The translations under genes and the position numbers were made by a program. Source: Carcharhinus amblyrhynchos (lineage: Eukaryota). From it: a stretch of 64,000 bases of DNA. Positions 49,001 to 61,000 of this stretch are shown one piece after another. Where the stretch lies: assembly GCA_965287045.1 (NCBI GenBank), contig OZ336870.1, positions 132,060,001 through 132,124,000 of the forward strand. The letters are read 5' to 3'. Under the pieces are notes generated by a model that had not been told where the DNA came from, did no database searches, and saw only the letters and a list, made by a program, of their open reading frames with translations. Numbering within the stretch: position 1 is the first letter of the stretch; each line of letters begins with the position of its first letter.

Positions 49001-52000
49001 GAGGGTAAGGGATGACTTGATTGATATTAACAGGAAAAGGCTGGGTAGATAAATTATTTCCACAGTTTGGAGACTCTCAATTGAGGGAGCATATTCTAAA
49101 AATTAGAGCCAGACAGTTTGAGAGAGGTTAGGACACACAATGGTTGGTAGAGGTTTGGAACACTCTTCCACAAATGACTGTTGATGCTAGATCAGTTGCT
49201 ATCTTTAAATCTGGGGGATTTTTTCTGTTTCAGTAAAGGTATGAAGGGATATGGAGTTAGGCCACAAATTATCACTAAATGGCGGATCAGGCTTGATGGG
49301 CTGAATGGCTTACTCCTGTTCCCATGTTCTTATATTTTTCAAGAAAAGGACGAGGAAAATAATCAAAGTGAGAAAGTGAGCAACGTTGCCTGCTGGAAAA
49401 AAGGTTCCAAACCGTAACCACACTGTGTGTAAAAGGATCCATAATCCTGGATTGCAAGTCCAGTCAATCCTCCTGGGTGTCACAGATGTTCTCTATTGTG
49501 AATACTAAAGGCCCAGTGTTTGTAGGTCCACAGGTGTGCCATGACCCCAATACATAGAATCAATCAAACATCACACAGCCGATCAATCTCAGGGGTTACT
49601 TCTATCACCTCAGTTAAGGTTGTTCAGTCCGACTTTCTGCCTCTCTTCCACAGTTACATGTGTGCCCAGGTATCCTTGGAGATAGTGCATGCAGTGTCCA
49701 CTGATCTACTTAAGGCACTCCACAACCTGTGTGTGCCACAGGAGTTGAAGTACATCATCGACACTCATAACAATGCTTTAATTTAAAAGGTTTCCTTTTG
49801 TTTTGTTACAATAATGTGGAAATGCTCATTTAAAGGGGTGAATTGTTTGTTTATTCATCACCATTAGTTCTCAAAACAATATAAAGCGCTGGCAATCTGT
49901 TCTGCAAGGTTAGTGCCAGGCAATGGAGTTGGAAGTGTCTGTTATTCCCTGACCAGTTCACTTAAACTAAGCAAGTTTTATTTGGTGATATCAATCAAGG
50001 AACAAAAGCAGTCAGTTACTTTGTGTTCCAGATGGCACTAAGTTCCTATGTTTGTGTTCATCCTGGAAGCAGAGAAGGTACTTAATCCCAAAAATTGAAC
50101 TTTTTTCTCCCCATGGTTGATTGGTATTTGATGATGATTCAAAAATGGATTTGAATCCTCTGTCCATACCTACTTCCTCAACAGATGCCAATGGCTCATT
50201 TCCCTGCCCATCTCCACATATATAGACTGTAAGACTCATTTCCGTCCATTATTTTTGGCCTTGGCTGTAAAATCATTGGCAACAACGGTTAAGTACAAAT
50301 TCAGAGTTCTGTTGGGTGCAGGCTTGTTAAACTATTGAACATTTATGGTTATTAATTTCATTTATTTTTAAAATTTCTTTTCACTTTTTCAGAATCTTAG
50401 TGATGTGCCAGGACCAGCTGCTAGCCAGCCTTTGTAAGTATTTATAGCTCAGAAGCAGATTGTATAACAATCTACTTTCAGTGTCTCTAAAAGTGAAACT
50501 GCAGGCTCAGCAGAAATTATGGACAACAATTTATCTTGGCAGCCTGCGTAGAATGTATTATTATTTATTTATTATTATTGTCACAAGCAGGCTTGCATTA
50601 ACACTGCAATGAAGTTACTGTGAAATTCCCCCAGTTGCCACACTCCGGCACCTGTTCTGGTACTCTGGCCATGTTAAATTCTCTCTCAATGAACCTAACT
50701 AGCATGTCTTTTGGACTGTGGGAGGAAACCAGAGGAAATCCACACAGACACGAGGAGAACATGCTAACTCCACACAGACAGCAACCCAAGCTGGGAATGG
50801 AACCTGGTCCCTGGCACTGTGAGGCAGCAGTGCTAACCACTGTGCCACCCCACATCAGCCGCCCTGATGAAAATGAGAACTAGAAAGAGAAACTACAAAT
50901 GTGAAATCTGAAACAAACTAGAAAATGCAGTAAAAACATAAGGTCCTTTAGCACGTGGAGGAGAAATGTGGACCACTATTCAGGCCCTTCTTGAGTTCAG
51001 ATAAAGAGTCCAGCTCAAAACTTTAACCTGTTTGTTCTGATCTCATGCGCTGAGGTCCACATTTTTGTTCCCAGCTCAGGTGCACAGAGATGGGAAAATC
51101 CCTCTTTGTCGTAGCACAAATGTTTTGTAAAGTCTAATCTGATGTTTCCTTATCAACAGGTATAATCTATGTTCACTCTAGGATTCAATAGTTATGACTA
51201 TTTCAGAATGTTACTGTTTGCTAACATGTATAGGAAAAGCCCAAAATTTATTAGGCACAGGCCACACCTGTGAGCAAAACATGTGTAGTTAACAATTCAG
51301 GTAGCTGACCTAACAGAACTAGAAGATGTTAAATGTGCACCAGACACAAGTCAAGTTATTGTGACTTTTATGAGTACTTTTACCAAGTCAGTCATATTGG
51401 CCAGTAGATTTGTCCTTGAAACTCAGAAGTCAGCAATCATTGAATTCACAGTCTGAACCACTTCGTATAATTAAAGTTCTAGGATTGTGTTTGAATAATG
51501 ATGCTGAATTCCATTTGTTTGGTAAATTTAATCCAGTGTACATATCAGAAATATTCACATATATTTTGACCCTGATCAGTGCTAAGTTTGCTGATCCCAG
51601 CCTGTTAAATGCTACAGTAGAAGTATGGAAACTAATCCAAACCCACAATGAATAAGTCCTACCTCCAATTTAGGGAGCAGATGAGAAAGCTACCAAACTC
51701 AATTCCAGCTCCGGATCAGTGTATGTATAGAGTTTGCACATTCTTCCTGTGTCTGTGTGGGTTTCCTCCCACAGTCCAAAGATGTGCAGGTTAAGTTGAT
51801 TGACCATACTAAATTGCCCCTTTAGTGTTGGGGGGGGTGGGTTAAATAAATAAATAACTTAATGAGGTAAATACTTGTGGTATGGGGACAGGGCCTGGGT
51901 GGGATTGTTGTTGGTGCAGGCTCGGTGGGCCAAATGGCCTCTTTCTGCACTGGAGGGATTCTATGCTATGGAGAAGCACCTGAGAGACTTTAATACAGTG

Positions 52001-55000
52001 CTGAGGCTGCGTTCTTCGGTTTTTTGCAGCCAGTGTTTCCTGAGAGGCAGACAACCTGAGAGCTGAAGGGAGCTAGGAAATGCCTGATCCAATAGGCTCA
52101 GCCCCGTGGCGCCCCCACCCCCTCCCCACCCGCCATCCTGTCGCCGGCTCCCCTGCCATCCTGTCGCCACTGCCCCCCATTCCCCTCCCCGACTTCATCA
52201 TGATCTCCCTCCACCCTATGAACTGCATCTTCTCATGGTCCTCCTTTACAATTTCCTGTCAAACACCATTCCTTTCTTTTCCCACACCATCTTTTTTCTT
52301 GACCCCTCACCCCTACCATCTTCAGGGTGCTGGTACAATCATACTGCGGCAAGAAATAAATGCTTTAGGAGAGGTGAGTAATCTGGTTCCACCAGTCTCA
52401 GCTATATTTGTTGTGCAAATGGAAGATGAAATTTTTCCCCTTCAAGTCCACCAGTCCATCTGTTCCTCTGTATCAGTGGATATGAGACTTCCAATCTTCT
52501 TGATGAAATAAATTAGATCCATTTATTTGTATGCAAATTTTAAACTAGAGGCTATCTTCAAATGTGTGATTTTTTTTACTGTACTGTACATGAACATTGA
52601 TAAACTATTATCGAGCAATAGAATTTAAATAAAGGGACTGGAGAGTTGCTTAACAGACTGTGCAGTTTGCAGGATTTTGCTTGATTTTCCTACATCACTT
52701 TTTGAGGAATTGACATTTTGATTTGCTAACTTGGTTTGTTTTTTTTTCTGTTGATATTGGGGTCTGTTTTTGATTTTAAATTGTTCCCCACAAACAGACT
52801 TAAGATTGAGCTCTTGATCTCAGTAGTGCAAACTTTTTTTAAAAATTGTTAATACCAGCTATGATTAGTGGCCATTGTTCACAAGACTGTTTATAGCATT
52901 TTCTATTGGTATTTTTAATAGAAAATGTCAGTTAATTTAAGAGAAGTCTTTGAGCAACACCTCAGTGAAATGTAAAACATAATTCTGATGAATGTTCAAG
53001 TTTGTGTAGAACTTTAACAAAAGCTACAATTGATTTGACTTCATTCAACCTGTAGGCATTCTGTTCAAACCATGTGACTGGAGCTTTTTTATATTCCAGG
53101 ACAGTTCCAGGCAAAGTGCCTCCTGCACGGCCTCCCCCAGCTAAAGCTGGTCCAGCTCGTCCTCCTCCTCCAAAGGTTTCTACTGCACCAAACCATCTCC
53201 GCCGTTCTTCATCTGAACTGGGAATAAACAACACTGCAGGAAAAAGCAGCCCACGTGCCCTCAGCAAGATTCGTCCAAAAAGTCAGGTTTTTCAGAAAAA
53301 ACGCCCTGAACTTCCACCGCGACCAGCTCCTGGTCATCCACTCTACAACAAGTACACGGTAATCAACAGGCAGAGACATTGGTCAGTTTTGAGAATGTCA
53401 GCGTGTTTCCTCTATGTAATTTCTCACAAAGGTTCAGATGCAATTCCAAGATACAGATACAATCTCAGAAGGGAATATTGGAAAATTACTTGATCAAGTG
53501 GATAATTACAGGCCAGCTTCATCTTGCCCAGTGTCCATCTAAATCCACTGGATAATGATGAACAACAGGGATCTTAGCTTTTTTACCCCTCCTCACTATG
53601 TTGAGGCCAAGTGTAGAACACCTACCATTTGCAGCTGACATCAATCCACCCATCATAGACCATGAATAGAATCTGAAATACTGAGGGCTGATTTAAAGCT
53701 AATTACAATTGTAATTGAGTTCTATATGTTTTAGATTTTAGGTGTTGGTTCTTTTCTTTATAAAAAAGACTTTGAAATGTCCACTCCGGAATAGTTTAAG
53801 TTTAAAAATGGTAAATTAGAAAGAGTTCCATTTTTCTCAAAGACCCAAAAATACTTGCCTTCTTGTACTGTTAAAATTGTGTTTTTTAATTGACTTTCCT
53901 GTTCATCCCCATTTTTTTCTGTGCCATTCTTTGACTTAATGAGCAATAGGTTGTGCCTGGACTTCTCTGCAAATGACAGAGACCAGACATCATAGTGTGC
54001 AGTGCTTCAAATCCTCTTTTAAAAAAATCAAGCTGGTCTTTCCTATCCCTCCTGAGGTTATGCTGTTGAAATGCAGTATTGTGTAAACAGTTAACATTGC
54101 CTGATTTACACCATCACCCAGTTAAAATTGCCCCAGATACTTTAATTCTTGTCATGTCCTAAAATTAATTTCAGAATCATTTGCTATATGTTACAGAATG
54201 TAAGAGTGAGTGTCAGATAGAAAATGCAGAACAACCAAAAAACACTGAATCTAATTGCAAATTTATAATATAAAAAATAGTCATTTGGGAGTTTAGAACT
54301 TGAGTATTGTTGAAAAGAGACATTTTGTCGCAACTTGCAGTCTTGCACTGGACAATCACAAGAATACAACGTCAGTTCTTGTTTTTCCTGACATTGATAT
54401 TCTTGTGATTGTTCTGAAGAGTGCAAGATGAAAAGCTTTGACAAAAGGTCTTTTCTCAGTTATATTTTTTAAAAAAAGCTAGAAATATACTTTCAGCAGC
54501 TGAAACGTGATCCAAGTTTAGTTGTTCATATTGATAAAATTGCATTTTCAGATGTTCACTTCTTATCTGAATTGAATTGGAAATTGGTTTTCACCTTCTG
54601 ATTTGATGGGATTGTGCTTTTAAAATTGACATCCTGCTTTTTCAGTGTGAGCTTATTCAAACAGGAATTTGCAAAGTGTTCATGAATCCTCTTCTGTATG
54701 TAAAAAAAAATCACGTTTCCCTGGACGATGCATTTTTAATAATGAAGGTAGCAACCCCAAGCCAGCTGAAGATAGAAATGCATCTTTGATCATAAAATCC
54801 AATTAAGGAGGGTTGGAGGACACGATTTCATGTTTGATACGTGTAGCAAAATTAGAATCACATTCTGCAAACTTAAATTTATAATTTTACTGCAATAACA
54901 TTGTACTTGAGTGCATTAAGCTGTATGTTCATGATCTGGCAATAAAAAAGGTATGCAACTTGCTGTCATGTGTGAAGAAAAAACCTCATCTTTGTGATGA

Positions 55001-58000
55001 GCTTTTATTACACCAGATTTTTGAGTTTTGCCTTTTGACTCAATAACAGCATCCTTACTTCTGACTCTACAGTTGTTGGTTAAAGCACAACTCTGGGATT
55101 TGACCGCGTATTCTAAGCCAGAGCCTCCCAACTGCTCTCACAGTTCTCAACCACCTTCACCCCTCCTATTCTCTTAGCCCTTTGTTTTCCCCCTCCCCCA
55201 CTCTCAAAGCTCTATCCACCGTCCTGGCTCACACCCTGGGATCATGGCAACTTTCAAGCCTCAAAATGAGGTTGCAGTGGGGAAAACTTCAGGAAGCATT
55301 GATTTATGCTGACACTTCAATACTGAGAGTGTGTGACTTGTTTTTGTTGGAGATACCGTCTCTCGTAACTAATAAACCAAGGCCCCATCAAAGCTCTCTG
55401 TTGAATATAAATGATCTTATTGCACTAATCAATCAAGATTGACAAAATCTGCTCACCTATTCAATTGTCTCATTGCCACGTATAAATTGGCTGCTGCATT
55501 TTCCTACAAAACATTTTGAACACCTTGAAATAAATCGTTAGCTTTGGGGATATTTTGAAGACATAGAGTTGGATATTTGCAGTTAGCTTGCAGATTAGCC
55601 ATTAAATCACTCAATAGCAGAACAGATTTGAAGAGCTAAATGGCCTACTCCTGTTCCTATGTGTCTACATTTCTATAAATGAATGTTTTATCTTCCTTTT
55701 TCTAATTCTCTGCTTTATGTTTGCTAAAACAATGTATTTTCAGCTGCCTGTGCCTCACGGAATTGCTGAATGTGACATCAACTCCAGGGTCCCAGGAGAA
55801 CTGTCATTCCAGGTGAGATAGACCTCCAGTAGACAGTCTGTATTGTATAGAATATTGCAGAGGGATTGCAAGCAAGTACACTGTTACTCTGAATCAATTG
55901 CAAGGACAGTGTAGCAGCACTCTTCTTTTAATTTTAATGTTGCCAAAACAATTTCTCAGTGGAAAATGTTAAGGTTAAGAGTTCTAATGATTCCATCATT
56001 TGACACTCCAACAGAGCACAGTTGCTTCAAGTGACGAAGCAATTGAATTTTTTTGGTGATGGAGGAAACTATTCAGAGTTGCACAGCTTTTTGAGGAAAA
56101 GCCTAGACCAGCAATTGACTGATTCGAAATGATGATTTCTTTTCTGTCTTCGTTTTATTTGGAATCACCAAAGATAAATTTGTTTTAGTTTCATTATAGG
56201 TAATGGGTTGCATTGATATATTTTTGACATATGGCTATCTCGTAGAAGAATGGATGGGAGATAATGAGAAGGGCTCAGTAAAACGTAAACTAATATTAAA
56301 ATTGTATATTTTTGTCTTTTTTTTCTCGCTGTCTATAGCAAGGTGAAGTCCTCATTCTCCAACAACAGATGGACCAGTCTTTCCAGTGCCAAAAGGGGCT
56401 TGATACTGGGAAGGTTCCTTCATCTCATTTGAAGATAATCACTCCACTGGATGAGGAGGTGGTGAAAGGGACTGGCAAGGTCAGTGTGGGCAGCACATTT
56501 GCAGTTCAACCTAGTGGAATAGCCATGTTAAATTCCGTTGTAAAATTTCCTAAATGGCAATGGTCTTTACATTGTTATGAAAGAAAGTATACTATTTACA
56601 ACCAGTTTTCCTTCGTTATTCCAATTATAATTGGCCTTAGATGTAGATGAGGTTGTGTGCAGGGAGCACAAGTCGTAGGAATGTAACATTTTGTGTAAGT
56701 GAAATTTAAAGGGATCAGATAATTAAAGGGGAATGTCGCAACGGACTTTGGAAAAGCTCAAAGACATTTCAACTTATTGACCATCTTTGCCAAGGGTTAT
56801 GGTGAGAATAATAATAAATGATGAGTCAAGATGAAGAGAAAGGAAACCCATGATGTAGACATGGGGCTGAAGGCATAGAGCAGCACCTGATCTGTTCGAT
56901 AGACATGTTGTATGTGGTGCTTCATAAAGTAATTTTGAGTAGGGTTGCCTTCTGTGCCATTCCATGCCATTATTTCTATTAGTTTATGATTGCAGCATGC
57001 CTGGAAGCAGGTACTGCCAAGTTTCCGGTTAAAACTGATCATTACGACCATTAGGTATTCCAGACCTATGTAGCATGGTGACTGCAAGTGTCTTTACAGC
57101 AGAAGATACAACTGTGTCTGATGTCTTGAAGCCTATAAGTCTTCCATTATTTGATGGGAGCAGTCAATCAGTCTGTTGGCCAACTTATTTTGGCTACGCT
57201 GCAGACCAGGGAGTAACTGTGGTTTGTGGGCAGGTTATAGAACTGTATAGTCTTCATTGTCATGTTTGGCTGTCTCCAGGTTTCCCAATTAAAACAATGA
57301 TTTACTGCCGAACCATCAATTCAGAGGGTTTCAGAGGCATACTAGCTGTGTCAGTTATTTGCTCTCTATCATGATATTGGTGCTGATTTATATTGATACA
57401 GTTAGGACTGGTGAGGACATGTCAGAACTCACTCTTTCTCACTCCTTCATTGATCATAACAGAGTGTGTTGTAATCTATAAGGGCAAAGGCATTAATTCA
57501 GTGTCTCATGGCAATAAATCAATCTGACAGGCTGATTTGAGTTTAAACATAAAGGTTAGTCTTAATTTAAAAACTAAAAACCCAACCTGGTAAAGATATA
57601 AGACTGTTAAGATGGGAAAGTAAACCCACATCCTGACAATTGCAACACAGCTTTTAGCAAGCTTATGTGCATAAAAATATTGAGAGTTCACTGGTACTTG
57701 TGGCTAAAGCAGGTTTTTCCCATTGTGATATTGAAATTTCGATGAGATTGAAGCAGATATAAATTTCAATTTCTGGAGGCTGTTCTTTTTTGAGACATTA
57801 TCCATCTTTTGCAAAAGTTGTTGATATTGCACCTATGTTCCTTTCGATGGAAATTCTCTATCTCTGTGATGGATTCCAAACTGTAACATTTGAATTAAAG
57901 AAAGAGAGTGATGATGTTAGTGCTCCTTTGGCAGACTTCTACCAAATTGTCATTTTAGAGGCTTACGGGTTCGAGTAAAAGATAGTTCAAATTGATTATT

Positions 58001-61000
58001 CTAGTTGCATGACCTCTCTCCCTATAATGATTTCAGGAAGTAATTGATTAGCTCTTGTGTGGACAGACTTTGGCTATTGTTTTATGGCCCAGGTAATGAG
58101 TTTCTTTATTGCTTCTGAATGGACTGTTCTTCCCTGTAATGAGCGAGGAAGAACGCCTATATGGCCATTGTCCCTAGTAGACTTTCTGCCATTAAGTACA
58201 CTTAATTTTTGAAGTAATTCGTGATTTACGCAGGTGTGAAATTCCAAAGGCGGATGCCTTCGCATGTCTTAATTCTAGTGCATATTTGAAATGTGTAGAA
58301 ACTGGCCAAGTTGTAATACCAGACATGTCAGGTGACTTGTGGCAGTTATCTTGAATCAGATTCAAAGCACCAGATGACCTCCTATGCGGCTAGGGTCATG
58401 AGTTGTTGAGTTACATACATTTTGTAATTGTAAACTCTTTTTTGTTCTGATTTCTTTGCATTTAATTTTTTCTTTTTGTTTCCCTTTTCGCCTCCACATT
58501 GGAAAAAGTGAAAAGGACATAACTATCCATTTTCTTTGTCTTCTGTTTTCTTAGAAACCTATCCCTTCTGAACAGCAGCTTGGAGAAAGCAGTGCTCCCC
58601 ATGCTATAGTGCTGCATGACTTCACAGCGGGTAAGGAACTCTGCAATTCTGGGAAAGTTCAGCACTTTCAGCAAAATGTTTTACCAAACTATCATCTAAT
58701 GCTCACTATTACTCTTTTCTATTATATTGACCCTAGCATTAAAAATAAGCTGTTAAATATATGGGGCAAGTTTTTATTTAATATTAGATTGATAAATCGT
58801 CCTACATACTTTTATGTGATTGGTGATGGAATAAGTTTCAAAGCTTTGTTTAATAACACAGTCAAAAGAATTTTATGAAGGCCACAAGTGTGGGAAACCT
58901 GGCATGTGAGGTAATTTAATGAGGTGCAATATGAAATCAATAAAGTCAGTGGCGGCATGTTTGTGGTATGTTGAACCTCACGTCAGCACATACAATGTTC
59001 ATTCTAGTAATATATTGCATGCCATGAGCACTCATTAGTGTAATACATTTTTAAATTACATTCTACTTTCAAGACAAAGTCAACAGTGCGCAAGAATCTG
59101 ATGGCAACAGATTCATATCTGTTTAAAGGTAGCATGCACCTGTCAGTTTTGTGCAATTGTTGTAAGTGGTTTTCTTTATTTAACTTTATGACACAAGGGA
59201 GGGGAGCGGGAGAATGACAGCTTGCCTGCAGGCTTGGAACAGACAGGGGTGAGTCAGTAGTAAGGGGTGGATTGTGTGGAGTGGCATCAGGGACAAAGAG
59301 TGGAAAAGGATCCAGAAGAGAACAAAGAGTGCGATTAGGCGCATAATGTAGTGAAGTGGGAAAGGCATGATGTCCTGGATGTAGTCAAAGGAGGGTGGGG
59401 GAACAGTCAGTCAAGGTAAGAAAAGAGGGGACTATGGGGCAATGTCAGTACTGTCCAAATGTCTGTCCTCCTCATAGCGTTGGCTGGCAGAGTCCTTACA
59501 GGGTTTTCAGTTTATCCCTACTGAGCATGATCTTAAATAATGTCCTTAATATGCAGAGAAGGGAGGGTCAACTCAGCCTATAAGTTCAGCCATGTCCCAC
59601 AGTCCAACATTGGAAACTAACATGAACATTCAATAAAGAGTTAACCAAAACACAACATTGATTCTTTCACAATAAAATAAAAGTCTCTAAAACTCCTCCG
59701 TAACCATCAGTGTGTGCCAACCATGTGCCATGCCAATAGCTTTCTGATGAAGCTAGTCTTAAAAAAAAATGATGATGCACACATGAATAAAGTGAAATCG
59801 GTGCAATGTTGAATATTTATCAGTAAAATTTAAATTTGATAAGTACCTTTTAAAAATTTCTGGCTATGATCAAGAACCTCCCTGAATGACCAGGAGGCTT
59901 GGTTTATTGGCCACCCATAGGTGCTGCGTGGTCAGCTGAGGATGGGTTCCACCAATGAACAGCTACCCCAGCTGCAGAATGTTTGCCACACACATCACCG
60001 GCGCTTAAAGCTTTGACTGTAATCACAGGGGAACCAGGAAATGTAAGATAATAGAAGAGACACACACTTCTAGTTCCTCCCTGGGAACAGTATACTGTTA
60101 ACAAAATTGTTTCTAAAGTTTTTCCCTGTGCCACACACAGGCTAATTACTCACAATGTGACTCTGTCAGTCAAGGAACAGACAATTGCTTGTAAACAGGG
60201 AAATGCATCAATTTTCAGGTTTGAACTTTACTGGAATTTTCTATGTATTTTGCAGTCAGAATAAAAGAGGATTGTAGATGAGATTTGCTATTGAACTTTC
60301 TATTAAGATTGTATTTCTTGAGTTCATCCTTCTGACTTTCAGCACGTAGTACCAGCTGGTAAGAGGCAGACTGAACAACTGACCAATATTCCCCTTGTTT
60401 TGTGAGTGAGCCCTGAATTGTCTACCACCCCACAGTCACTAAGTTCCATGATCTAGCAGTGATGTGAATCATTGATCTATACCAAGTGACTTCTAGTGGG
60501 ACCACATTGTAATTTCTTCTGCTTATTTCCTGGAGGGGAGTACTTAGAATCATAGAATCCCTAGTACAGAAAGAGGCCATCGAGCCTGTACCGATCACAA
60601 ACGCATCCAGGCCCTATTCCTGTAACCCTACACATTCACCCTGTTAATTCCCCTGACAACTAGGGTCAATTTCACATGGCCAATCAACCTAACCTATACA
60701 TCTTTGGGAGGAAGCTGGAACACCCAGCGGAAACTCGCGCAGACACGGAGAACATGCAGACTCCACGTAGACAGTCACCCAAGACAAGAATTGAACTGGG
60801 ATCACTCATGCCATGCGGCAGCAGTGCTAACCACCGTGCCATCCTTAGACTTGGCTTCCCTTGAGGGACAGTATTAGTTCAGGGGATTATTTATATAATG
60901 ATGTTGCTCAATGATCCAGTAGGTAAACTTTTTAAAATCTGCACCTGGCTACTTTCCCACATTCTCGTTAAAAGGGGAATGTAACATTCATGTTCACTCT

